A stretch of 51,894 nt of DNA from Enterobacter phage Ec_L1. Positions 1-8,393 of the stretch are shown piece after piece. Each line of letters begins with the position of its first letter. The first letter of the stretch is position 1. The notes under the pieces were generated by a model. That model was given only the letters and a program-made list of their open reading frames with translations. It made no database searches and was not told where the DNA came from. The translations under genes and the position numbers were made by a program. The DNA lies in the sequence record NC_042122.1; one strand, given 5' to 3'.

Positions 1-353
1 CGTTAGAGTCAAAGCGAAGGTCTGGACGGCAATAGGTTGCTCGGAATCCTTGGCACTTATTCCGGACATAGTCGCGATGAATCGCCATAGCTCCTGACAC
101 AGAAATCATACCACGCTTGCGCCATTCGTAAAGTGTGGCGTGCGAGATCTTAATGGCCTTGACAAGTGCAGCGGGTGAGCCGTAGTATTCAATCACTTTT
201 TCAAGGCGGTGAGCTAATCCGGCCTTTACCTCATCTTTCAGAACGTAATAGCCAGTTGGCTTTTTGCGCGCTTTCTTATCAGCGCCGCGTGAAGTCCCGT
301 TGTTACCGTTGAGAGAGCGCTTATCGACAGCGCCGGATTTAGTCAGTTTCGTC
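1..353 (-). CDS. Partial (3'-truncated by window edge) small HTH DNA-binding protein, Cro/CI/XRE-like
   Basis: Minus-strand ORF starting at the ATG at 353-351 with RBS gaggaaaatatc, and open to the window edge. Helix-turn-helix-like segment GSPAALVKAIKISHATLYEWRKRG. Divergent from the helicase promoter at 368. Confidence 0.45.
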
Positions 354-367
354 ATGATATTTTCCTC

Positions 368-412
368 AATAGCACTTTTTGTTAAACCATTCGTCTTGTT
401 GAGTGTTATTAT
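368..412 (+). promoter_or_regulatory. early promoter cassette P1: AATAGCACTTTTTGTTAAAC, 19-nt spacer, TGtTATTAT
   Basis: 20-bp palindromic element followed by an extended -10; no -35 at 17 bp. Confidence 0.6.
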
Positions 413-450
413 ATCGGAATATTACTGCAAACGTAAGAGATAAATACGCT

Positions 451-2484
451 ATGACTATGAGCATTCAAAAGCAAATCGCCGCTCTTGATCCTGCATACAT
501 GAAGCGAATCAAAGAGCGATTCACATTTGGCGATGTGGTTCCATACGACTACCAGGTTGTGATGTACGGAGAGACGGCTAAGCGTATCGCCAACTATGAG
601 CATCCTTTCTACATCAAGGCTTCAGTTTCTGCTGGTAAGACAGTTGGCTTTGCTATGGTGGCGGCTCAGTGCCAGGTTATGAATCTGCCCATGCTTATTC
701 TTGCTAGACAGGCCGAGATTGTTCAGCAGGATAGCGAAGAGCTTTCAAACTTTGGCGTTAAAAACTCCGTTTATTGCGCCGGACTGAACACCAAATCTGC
801 ATACTTCCCGATCGTTGTTGGCTCTGAGGGTTCGGTGGCTAACGGCCTGGATAAGGCGCTGTCAGACTTCTATCCGATGGTTGTCGGAATTGATGAGTGT
901 CACCAGGTGGATTGGGAAGATCTGGCAGAGGCGATTGAGAACAACGAGTCACGGGAGTTGATGTCAAGAGCTAAAGATAAGCCATTCATGGTTAATGATC
1001 ATCCGGTTCCCGAAGATTACAAGCCTCATGATTTTGACGTTGTTGAGTACGGAACAGGGAGAGCGCAGTACACAATAATAATCATGGAATTGATGCGTCG
1101 TTGCCGTGAGCGGTACGGACGAGAACTTCGAGTCTTTGGGATGACTGGATCTGAATTTCGCGGAGTTGTTCCAATCCTGGTTGAAGATAAGAAACATCGC
1201 GGCTTCTGGCGCGAGCAGGTTACGGACATCAACACATCATACCTTGTTGATTTCGGATCTGTTGTGCCAACAATCTTCGGAGGCACCGATGGACTGAAAT
1301 ACGATCTGGATGAGTTTAAGGCGTCCGGTCAGGACGGAACGGCTGATTTCGGCTCGAAAGAAATGAAAGCAATGGAGAAGAAAATCCATGAATCAGCGAG
1401 CCTGACCAAGCAGATCATGACCAAGGTTGCAGCTATGGCGGAGACCCGTAACGCCGTCCTGATAACTTGCGCGGGGCAGCGACATTGTAAGGAGGCGGCT
1501 GAGTCGTTGCCACCTGGCAGCACTTACGCGATCATTACCGAAAAGACTAACGCCAAGAAGCGACAGCAGATCTTGGATGACGTAAGGGCGGGTAAAATAA
1601 AATACACGTTCCAGGTTATGGCTTTGACTACTGGAGTCAACGTTCCAAACTGGGATTTCAGCGTCATCCTTCGCAAGATCGGGAGCCTGACATTGCTTAT
1701 CCAGTTGCTTGGTAGAGGTATGCGACTGCTCAAAAAGCAACAGATTGAAATGGGGATGGTCAAGAATGACCACCTGGTATGGGACTTTGCCGGAACGATG
1801 GACGAACTCGGACAGCTTTACTTTGATCCGATTCTTGAACAGTACCAATATCAGCGTAAAGGAGACCGCACAAAAGACCAGGAAAAATGCCCTTTATGCG
1901 GGACGATGAATAGTGGGTTTGCTCGCCGCTGTATGCACAGAGACGAACACGGAAACCGTTGTGAGTATTTCTGGAAGTCTCAGATCTGCTCTGATATCGT
2001 CGACAAGAGAACAGGGGCAATCATCAAGAAAGGTTGCGGAACCGAAAATGATGTGGTAGCAAGAGTATGCAGGTGCTGTGACGCAACTCTAATCGATCCT
2101 AACAAGAATCTATCCGGAAAGATGTACACCAAAAACGACTGGTGTGACGTTCTTGATTTCAAGGTCGGGATGACCAAAAGCCAGACTGGAATATTGTATC
2201 ATTACAGGCTTCGTGACGCCGTTGGGGTTGAATTTGACGCTGTAGAGAAGTTCTTTCCAGAGAGCGATAACAAGATCTGTAAGACGCTTTGGCGGACAAA
2301 GGGGGTTACTCCTCACGTAGTCGGAAAGGACAATCGTAACTTGCTCGGACTGACGAAAAACGCCGTCAAGATCATGAGCATGAAACATTTAATTCTCGCC
2401 CCTTCTCGCGTAACTCACAGAAAGAACGGGAAAGGTGAGGACATCATTAGCCGAAAAGATTTTGGAGGGGAAATTGATAACTGA
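451..2484 (+). CDS. SF2 DEAH-box helicase with C-terminal Cys-rich zinc-ribbon region
   Basis: Walker A SAGKTVGF and DECH box GIDECHQV. Helicase C motifs, then several CxxC pairs. Start moved to the ATG at 451 because the listed GTG at 403 lies inside the promoter -10 region. Confidence 0.8.
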   Translation: MTMSIQKQIAALDPAYMKRIKERFTFGDVVPYDYQVVMYGETAKRIANYEHPFYIKASVSAGKTVGFAMVAAQCQVMNLPMLILARQAEIVQQDSEELSNFGVKNSVYCAGLNTKSAYFPIVVGSEGSVANGLDKALSDFYPMVVGIDECHQVDWEDLAEAIENNESRELMSRAKDKPFMVNDHPVPEDYKPHDFDVVEYGTGRAQYTIIIMELMRRCRERYGRELRVFGMTGSEFRGVVPILVEDKKHRGFWREQVTDINTSYLVDFGSVVPTIFGGTDGLKYDLDEFKASGQDGTADFGSKEMKAMEKKIHESASLTKQIMTKVAAMAETRNAVLITCAGQRHCKEAAESLPPGSTYAIITEKTNAKKRQQILDDVRAGKIKYTFQVMALTTGVNVPNWDFSVILRKIGSLTLLIQLLGRGMRLLKKQQIEMGMVKNDHLVWDFAGTMDELGQLYFDPILEQYQYQRKGDRTKDQEKCPLCGTMNSGFARRCMHRDEHGNRCEYFWKSQICSDIVDKRTGAIIKKGCGTENDVVARVCRCCDATLIDPNKNLSGKMYTKNDWCDVLDFKVGMTKSQTGILYHYRLRDAVGVEFDAVEKFFPESDNKICKTLWRTKGVTPHVVGKDNRNLLGLTKNAVKIMSMKHLILAPSRVTHRKNGKGEDIISRKDFGGEIDN

Positions 2485-2902
2485 TAAAGGCGATTACCTG
2501 GAATATTACGAACGCGATCCAAGCGACACGCGAAAGGAGGAGGCGCACCAGAACGAAAGCGCCTCTTGGGTAAAACTTCACTACCCTGAGATCATATTCT
2601 GGCACACGGTCAACGAGGGCAAGAAAACAATCACCCAGGCAGACCGAGATCAGAGAGCCGGATTATTGAAAGGGGTGAGCGATAACGTATTCCTGAATGG
2701 TGTTTGCTACAAATTCCCGTTTGGAGCTATAGAGTTGAAGCGCGTCAATAAGAGCGGGAAAGGAAAGGCCTCACCAGTCAGCGCAGATCAGAAGGAATAC
2801 TTACGGCGCGTCAGGGAAAGGGGAGGTTTCGCCGCCGTCGCTTACGGATCTGAACAATTCAAACTGGCTTTCCTTGATATGATAGGAGAACAGCACGAAT
2901 AG
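2435..2902 (+). CDS. VRR-NUC (PD-(D/E)xK) nuclease domain protein
   Basis: VRR-NUC-like motifs WHTVNEG, GVSDNVFL and AIELKRVNKSGK...SADQKEYL. No internal ATG; probably a GTG or TTG start overlapping the helicase 3' end. Start is uncertain. Confidence 0.5.
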   Translation: MRTSLAEKILEGKLITDKGDYLEYYERDPSDTRKEEAHQNESASWVKLHYPEIIFWHTVNEGKKTITQADRDQRAGLLKGVSDNVFLNGVCYKFPFGAIELKRVNKSGKGKASPVSADQKEYLRRVRERGGFAAVAYGSEQFKLAFLDMIGEQHE

Positions 2903-2933
2903 CTAAAACAGGTGCAATGGAATGCGCTATTAT
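2889..2933 (+). promoter_or_regulatory. early promoter cassette P2 (degenerate element AACAGCACGAATAGCTAAAAC + TATTAT)
   Basis: Element, an 18-nt spacer containing hairpin GTGCA/TGCGC, then a -10. The dam gene follows. Confidence 0.55.
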
Positions 2934-2960
2934 CATCCCATCTTAAACAGGAGATTGATT

Positions 2961-3692
2961 ATGAAAGACGTTGCAGACAAAGACACCCATGACGCTTTTG
3001 TCACTTTTGAACAGCTTGAGCGTGAGAACTTCATCACCAACGCGCTTGTTCCTGGATGCGGTCATTATTCAGCCGTCAAGCCTGAAACATACTATCGCGT
3101 TTCCGGTCATCGTTATTTGGGTAGCAAGACACCTGATATCGTTCGCGACTTGTGGGCTACTGATCGCGAAGTTATTGAGTATATGGAAAAGCGTTTCGGC
3201 AAGTACGATCTTGACGCGGCGGCAAGCGAAAGTAACGCGGTTTGTGAAAAGTTCTACGACGAAAAAACCGACTGCCTGAAACGCTGGTGGGGCAAGAACA
3301 AGCACGTTTGGCTCAACCCTCCATACTCGCACCCTGACGTTTTCGTAAAGAAAGCCATTGAGCAAATGGAGCATGGAAATCAGATTGACATGCTACTGCC
3401 TGGCGATAACTCTACGGCATGGTTCGCTGAAGCTCGCCGTAATGCCGCTGAAATCATCTGGATCGAGGGCGATATTGAAATCGTCGACGGCGTAGAGTAT
3501 GCCAGAACCGGACGGCTATCTTTCATCTCGGCTCTCACCGGAAAGCCAGTTGACGGAAATAACAAAGGCTCTGTGATCTTTATCATGCGAGAGCTTGAAG
3601 AGGGTGAGGAGCAGAAAACTCACTACATCCCAATTACTGAAATTTGCCCAGGCGTAAGCCGCAAGCGTGCTAAGAAACGGAGCGTAAAATAA
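2961..3692 (+). CDS. dam: DNA N6-adenine methyltransferase (phage Dam family)
   Basis: NPPY catalytic motif (WLNPPYSHP). RBS aggagattgatt before the ATG at 2961. The listed start at 2922 would lie inside the promoter -10. Confidence 0.8.
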   Translation: MKDVADKDTHDAFVTFEQLERENFITNALVPGCGHYSAVKPETYYRVSGHRYLGSKTPDIVRDLWATDREVIEYMEKRFGKYDLDAAASESNAVCEKFYDEKTDCLKRWWGKNKHVWLNPPYSHPDVFVKKAIEQMEHGNQIDMLLPGDNSTAWFAEARRNAAEIIWIEGDIEIVDGVEYARTGRLSFISALTGKPVDGNNKGSVIFIMRELEEGEEQKTHYIPITEICPGVSRKRAKKRSVK

Positions 3693-3919
3693 TGAACATC
3701 AACAAAAATCTTTCAAAGTCTGATAAGTGGGCTGTATATCGCGCTCTGGTTGTCCTAGTTCTGGTTGAGGCCGGATATAACAAAGACCATTTCGAGCTTG
3801 CTGATTCGCTTGATATGTCATTCGAGGAGGTGGAGAATATCCCGATTGAAGAATGGCACGCCGTCATCATGAAAGACCTGCACGAGATGATCGCAGATTG
3901 TCCGGAGGACTTTGGATAA
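3692..3919 (+). CDS. hypothetical protein
   Basis: ORF with a TAATG overlap to dam; acidic 75 aa. Confidence 0.45.
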   Translation: MNINKNLSKSDKWAVYRALVVLVLVEAGYNKDHFELADSLDMSFEEVENIPIEEWHAVIMKDLHEMIADCPEDFG

Positions 3920-4161
3920 TGGATATTCGCGAGGGTAGGGCGGCAGTATGGGAGCACGCAAAAGAGTGCGGGATTGATGAAGATATAGCACGAATTGCTA
4001 AACACTTCGACATCAAAGAGATTAATATCTTTACTCCTGGCGACGGCGGAAAACTCACATATTTAAACGAGCGCCCTCGCAAATTCCACAAGATAGCGGT
4101 TGCAGCTAAACCAGAAAAAACGCTTGACCAATATCTCAAAGAGGCAAGAGGCAAAAAATGA
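3919..4161 (+). CDS. hypothetical protein
   Basis: ATG at 3919 overlaps the upstream TAA, suggesting translational coupling. 80 aa. Confidence 0.4.
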   Translation: MDIREGRAAVWEHAKECGIDEDIARIAKHFDIKEINIFTPGDGGKLTYLNERPRKFHKIAVAAKPEKTLDQYLKEARGKK

Positions 4162-4412
4162 ACTTACCAGGCTTGAGTTTTGACGAAACAGTTTACTCCA
4201 TAACCTGGAGGGGGAACATAAAGTTCCGTGAGATTCCTTTTGCTGACTGGTTGCCTCCAGATCACAAGGACGTTATTTGCTACGGCGGCGGTAAAGTTTT
4301 CGAGGCTTACTTATCACCATTATCATGCATGATGGTTCCGTCAGAAAACTCTACTGCGAATCGCGCCTTTGAGCCGTGCGAGCTTGATTACTGGTTGAAA
4401 GAGGTGGAGTAA
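4158..4412 (+). CDS. hypothetical protein
   Basis: ATGA overlap with the upstream gene; 84 aa. Confidence 0.4.
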   Translation: MNLPGLSFDETVYSITWRGNIKFREIPFADWLPPDHKDVICYGGGKVFEAYLSPLSCMMVPSENSTANRAFEPCELDYWLKEVE

Positions 4413-4489
4413 TGCGATACGCTTTGATCCCGTTGGCGACACTAATTGCAGTTGTCGCACTCTTTCAAACCATCATGATTTACAACTAA
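4412..4489 (+). CDS. 25-aa hydrophobic micro-protein (MRYALIPLATLIAVVALFQTIMIYN)
   Basis: TAATG overlap with the upstream stop. Single predicted TM helix. Not in the supplied ORF track because it is shorter than 60 aa. Confidence 0.3.
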   Translation: MRYALIPLATLIAVVALFQTIMIYN

Positions 4490-4498
4490 GGAATAAAC

Positions 4499-5632
4499 AT
4501 GCAACAGAAAATCACAGACGAGCAGTTGATCGCAGAGCGAGAAGCGGGGAAGACTCAGCGACAGATCGCTCAAGAGTACGGCATGAACATCCGAACCATT
4601 GAGCAGCGATGCTCTCGCCTGGCAAAGAAAGGTCACGGTCACGGTAACGCTCACGTATCGAAACATGTTCCGGAAGGGTTCGCCGTCAAAGGAACATCAA
4701 CCATGATTCGTGAGGACGGTACTGAGATTGTCCGTTGGGTTAAGACGGATCAGGATCGCGAAAAGCTGGCTGCAATGATGGACGCCGCTATCGATGCGTT
4801 TTGCATTGAGATCCCACGAGCCAAGCCTCAACCAATGCTTGACGTAAAGTTTGTTGAGGGTCAACTCGCACTATATCCGGTATTCGATCTGCACATTGGC
4901 GCTATGGCTCACAAGCACGAATGCGGAGAGAACTATTCAACAGACATCTCTGAGAAAGTTCTTAAGGACTTCTTTGATTACGCTGTTGAAATCGCACCTA
5001 ACGCAGAGAAAGCGGTTCTGTTAATCGGCGGTGACTTCCTTCACTCTGACGGGCTTGACGCTGTAACACCTGCAAGCGGTCACGTCCTGGATCAGGACTC
5101 TCGTTATGCAAAACTCGTTCACGTCGCTATCCGATCCGTTCGTCGCGCCGTTTCCAAAATGCTTGACAAGCACAACGAAGTTGAGATCCAGATTATTGAG
5201 GGCAACCATGACCAGGCGGGTATGATCTGGCTCCGTGCTGCAATGGCGGCGTTCTATGAGGATGAGCCTCGCGTTAAGGTTGACGTTAGCCCTATGATTT
5301 TACACCGCACGAAATGGGGTAAAACACTGCTCGGTTATACTCATGGTCACACCATGAAAAAAGCTGAGACGCGACTTGCAGCAATGGCTACGGATTTCCG
5401 TGAGGAGTTCGGATCTAGCAAGTACATCTACACCCACTCCGGACACTGGCACCACCAGACAATCACCGAGCATAGCTTGGGTATTGATGAGGTTCACGGT
5501 CAACTCGGAGCTAAGGATGCGTATGCGGCTCGCGGTGGCTGGCGCTCTTACCGTCAGGCTGCTGTCATCGTTTACTCGAAAGAGTTTGGCGAGATTGGTC
5601 GATTCGTGTATCGACCAGAAATGAGCAAGTAA
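4499..5632 (+). CDS. N-terminal HTH domain fused to a calcineurin-like metallophosphoesterase
   Basis: HTH-like TQRQIAQEYGMNIRTIEQRCSRLAKKG. Phosphoesterase motifs GGDFLHSDG, EGNHD, GHTH and GHWHH. RBS aaggaataaac before the ATG. Confidence 0.7.
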   Translation: MQQKITDEQLIAEREAGKTQRQIAQEYGMNIRTIEQRCSRLAKKGHGHGNAHVSKHVPEGFAVKGTSTMIREDGTEIVRWVKTDQDREKLAAMMDAAIDAFCIEIPRAKPQPMLDVKFVEGQLALYPVFDLHIGAMAHKHECGENYSTDISEKVLKDFFDYAVEIAPNAEKAVLLIGGDFLHSDGLDAVTPASGHVLDQDSRYAKLVHVAIRSVRRAVSKMLDKHNEVEIQIIEGNHDQAGMIWLRAAMAAFYEDEPRVKVDVSPMILHRTKWGKTLLGYTHGHTMKKAETRLAAMATDFREEFGSSKYIYTHSGHWHHQTITEHSLGIDEVHGQLGAKDAYAARGGWRSYRQAAVIVYSKEFGEIGRFVYRPEMSK

Positions 5633-5680
5633 ATAACCACCAGGGGCGACTATCGCCCCTTAACCAGGGGAATCATCAAC

Positions 5681-6187
5681 ATGATTTTTGAACCTTACTA
5701 CGACGCTCCAAGAGTTGTTATTTTTGATTACGACGGAACATTATCTGACGGAACTCACCGTCTGCACCTGCTGCCAACGAAAGACCAGCACCTAACGGAA
5801 ACCTGGATTCCCTTTAACGCTGCCTGTGTTGATGATGCTCCAATCCAGGACACCATTGACGTGATGAATGCAATGTATGACGCTGGGTTCTACGTCATCA
5901 TCCTGACTGGTCGAAGTGATCATGTATATGATGAGTCCGTGAAATGGCTGAAGGATAACGGCGCTCGCTATCACCATATTGAGATGCGCAAAAAGACCGA
6001 CAATCGCAGAGACACTATCATCAAGGAGGAGTATTTGCGCGGCATTGGTCTTGAAAATATCGTAGCGGCTTGGGATGATAGCCCGAGTGTTATTGAACAT
6101 CTGCGCGGCCTGGGCCTTACCGTTTACCAGGTTTGCGACTACGGCGACAAACTTCACACCAGAACCGATTTAAACAGAAAGGATTGA
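5681..6187 (+). CDS. HAD-superfamily phosphatase (polynucleotide 3'-phosphatase-like)
   Basis: DxDGT motif VIFDYDGTLSDG. hhhhTGR motif IILTGRSD. C-terminal WDDS acid motif. Confidence 0.6.
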   Translation: MIFEPYYDAPRVVIFDYDGTLSDGTHRLHLLPTKDQHLTETWIPFNAACVDDAPIQDTIDVMNAMYDAGFYVIILTGRSDHVYDESVKWLKDNGARYHHIEMRKKTDNRRDTIIKEEYLRGIGLENIVAAWDDSPSVIEHLRGLGLTVYQVCDYGDKLHTRTDLNRKD

Positions 6188-6191
6188 GATC

Positions 6192-6773
6192 ATGATTATT
6201 ATTCTGAACGCACCAGCCGGAGCCGGAAAAGATACCATTCAGCAAGCAATTGCGGATCTGCATGAGGTTTCACAACTGAGCTTCAAAAAACCAATGTTTG
6301 CTATGGCTAAGGCCATGCTTGGCGATATGGGGTTTGCTGAATTTATGGATGCTTACAATAACCGCGAGCGAAAAGAAAAGCCTCTTGATCTGCTTCACGG
6401 CTCAAGCCCTCGTCAGTTCATGATCTGGTTAAGTGAGAGCGTTATTAAACCGCACTTTGGAGACCAGCATTTTGGGAATCTGCTTTATGACGATTACATA
6501 ATGCACGAGAATGACGGCTACTATGTCGGAGTTGTCAGTGATGGCGGGTTTGAGAGCGAGACCATAGCCTTGATCGAAACTGGCGTTCCGGTTCGCCTGG
6601 TTCGACTACATCGTGACGGCTACACGTTTGCCGGAGACTCTCGCGATTATGTCAACCTGCCGCTCTACGCCAATAGTCCAACGTATGACTACCAGGAGTT
6701 TGACGTGCAGCTAACTGAAGGTTTACCAGTTGTGGCGGCGCTGGATATTCTTTCAATTGTCGGGTTGAAATAG
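6192..6773 (+). CDS. P-loop kinase (dNMP kinase / polynucleotide kinase-like)
   Basis: Walker A NAPAGAGKDT at the N-terminus, resembling phage dNMP kinases. Confidence 0.55.
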   Translation: MIIILNAPAGAGKDTIQQAIADLHEVSQLSFKKPMFAMAKAMLGDMGFAEFMDAYNNRERKEKPLDLLHGSSPRQFMIWLSESVIKPHFGDQHFGNLLYDDYIMHENDGYYVGVVSDGGFESETIALIETGVPVRLVRLHRDGYTFAGDSRDYVNLPLYANSPTYDYQEFDVQLTEGLPVVAALDILSIVGLK

Positions 6774-6813
6774 CACGAATTGCTAAAACTGGCGCAACGG
6801 AATGCGCTATTAT
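6769..6813 (+). promoter_or_regulatory. early promoter cassette P3 (AATAGCACGAATTGCTAAAAC + TATTAT)
   Basis: 18-nt spacer with hairpin GCGCA-acggaa-TGCGC. Leader caacgaaacgaaac. Confidence 0.6.
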
Positions 6814-6852
6814 CTTTTCAACGAAACGAAACACCCAAACAGGAGATACACC

Positions 6853-6957
6853 ATGAAAAACGCAATCAACTACATCCTTTCTACTGCTGGCGGCGTCATG
6901 GTTGTTGGCTTTATGATTTGGGTTATCACTTTGGCTTCTAACTTCAATGGGTTCTAA
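6853..6957 (+). CDS. 34-aa single-TM micro-protein (MKNAINYILSTAGGVMVVGFMIWVITLASNFNGF)
   Basis: Sits directly downstream of promoter cassette P3, the conserved leader and a strong RBS caggagatacacc. Absent from the ORF track because it is shorter than 60 aa. Confidence 0.45.
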   Translation: MKNAINYILSTAGGVMVVGFMIWVITLASNFNGF

Positions 6958-6958
6958 A

Positions 6959-7159
6959 ATGTCAAAATCAATCGCTGTAAAATGCATTCGCAACGATTCT
7001 AAAACACTTCCTTTCGCTGTTAATGGCGTATATAACGCGGAGGATATCGGAGGGCAGTACAAGATCAGTTACATGACTGGCGTTAACACATCAGACTTTA
7101 TTCACGCACCGTTAAATGGTCACTACCTTGAATTTATTCCGGTAGATATTCAGAAGTAA
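6959..7159 (+). CDS. hypothetical protein
   Basis: ATG at 6959 overlaps the upstream TAA (taaaATG). 66 aa. Confidence 0.4.
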   Translation: MSKSIAVKCIRNDSKTLPFAVNGVYNAEDIGGQYKISYMTGVNTSDFIHAPLNGHYLEFIPVDIQK

Positions 7160-7170
7160 AATCAACACTT

Positions 7171-7197
7171 TCCACTACGGGAGCCTTTAGGCTCCCT
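7171..7197 (+). terminator. intrinsic terminator GGGAGCC-ttta-GGCTCCC + T5
   Basis: GC hairpin plus a T-run before the lysis cassette. Confidence 0.6.
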
Positions 7198-7271
7198 TTT
7201 TGCGTTGTTCCATTCCATTCTCTCTTCGGTTATTATTGAACCAACTTTCACCATCAACCAAGGCTAACGTT

Positions 7272-7487
7272 ATGAGAGACTTTATTAACTCTATCGCTGG
7301 CACTGGCGGCGGCGTTACCCTTGGCGGCGCGGCGGCTGGTCAGCTTATCATTGCCGGAATCGGCTTAATCATCATGACTGCTTTTGGAGCCTGGGGCGCA
7401 TATTTGCGCTGGAAGGACTCAAAAGCTCTACACAAGGCACTGGCAAACGGCGACGTGAAAGAGGCCGTCCGGATCAGGAGCAAGTAA
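7272..7487 (+). CDS. holin, pinholin-like (two TMDs, TMD1 Gly/Ala-rich)
   Basis: 71 aa. TMD1 SIAGTGGGVTLGGAAAGQLIIAG and TMD2 IGLIIMTAFGAWGAYL, then a charged C-terminus. Lies immediately upstream of the endolysin. Confidence 0.6.
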   Translation: MRDFINSIAGTGGGVTLGGAAAGQLIIAGIGLIIMTAFGAWGAYLRWKDSKALHKALANGDVKEAVRIRSK

Positions 7488-7970
7488 ATGAACAACATCA
7501 TAAAATCAACGCTAGCTGGCGTCATGCTCGTTACTGCTGGGTTACTCTCCCAGCTTGAGGGAACTCACTATGTCCCATATATCGACATAGCAGGCGTCCC
7601 AACCGTGTGCGAAGGAATCACGGGTTCGGATGTAGTTTGGGGCAAGACATACACCAGGCGAGAGTGTGACAAGCTGTTAGAAAAGCACATCGGCGTTGCT
7701 GCAAGGGCTGTCGATAAAGCTGTCAAGGTTGAAATCCCTGACACCATGCGATCCGCTCTGTATAGCTTCACATTCAACGCTGGTCAAGGAGCTTTCCGCT
7801 CATCAACCCTGTTGCGTTTAACTAACCAGGGGCGTCTATGGGAGGCTTGCGGCGAGTTGCATAAGTGGATTTACTTCTACAACCCAAAAACCGGAAAGAA
7901 AGAGGTCTCGAAAGGCCTGAAAAACCGTCGCGCTGTTGAATATCAATATTGCGTTAAGGATCTGAAATGA
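7488..7970 (+). CDS. endolysin, GH24 lysozyme with N-terminal SAR-like signal-anchor
   Basis: T4-lysozyme-type E-8aa-D-5aa-T catalytic triad (QLEG...YIDIAG...GVPTVCEG). N-terminal weakly hydrophobic Gly/Ala-rich segment [15 protein letters not shown]. Confidence 0.85.
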   Translation: MNNIIKSTLAGVMLVTAGLLSQLEGTHYVPYIDIAGVPTVCEGITGSDVVWGKTYTRRECDKLLEKHIGVAARAVDKAVKVEIPDTMRSALYSFTFNAGQGAFRSSTLLRLTNQGRLWEACGELHKWIYFYNPKTGKKEVSKGLKNRRAVEYQYCVKDLK

Positions 7971-8374
7971 AAAAGACAATCATCGCTTGTTGCGTATCTC
8001 TGGCTTTAGTCGTATCCGGTTGCTCTGCTACGTCTGCTCTGACTGGTCTGATCGGTAGCAAGCCGGATGTCACAGCACAGGCCGGAGCCGAGAATACGAA
8101 ACAAACCCTCGGTCTGAACAGCAAAATTGACCAGTCCAGCAAGTCTGACAACACGATCAAAGACTCTTCTGTCGGGGCGGTTGATAGCTCCAATGCCAAG
8201 CGTGTAAACGCGTCAAGCATTACAGCAGATATGATTAAGGCTGATAAGATCGAGATCCGTAACAACGAGTCTTACGCCTGGGAAATGGCGGCTGGGATGT
8301 TCGTTGTTGGTCTTATGGTTGGCGCTCTCGCAGTAACCATTTACGCGACGCGCAGAAAGAACAAAGGAGCCTAA
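7967..8374 (+). CDS. unimolecular spanin (u-spanin), outer-membrane lipoprotein with C-terminal TMD
   Basis: Lipoprotein signal [20 protein letters not shown]-terminal [19 protein letters not shown] plus RRKNKGA. Same architecture as T1 gp11. Confidence 0.7.
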   Translation: MKKTIIACCVSLALVVSGCSATSALTGLIGSKPDVTAQAGAENTKQTLGLNSKIDQSSKSDNTIKDSSVGAVDSSNAKRVNASSITADMIKADKIEIRNNESYAWEMAAGMFVVGLMVGALAVTIYATRRKNKGA

Positions 8375-8393
8375 CGGCTCCTTTTTTATACCA
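8360..8393. terminator. bidirectional terminator GGAGCC-taac-GGCTCC + T6 at convergent junction
   Basis: Lies between the plus-strand spanin and the minus-strand gene. A/T runs on both sides. Confidence 0.65.
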
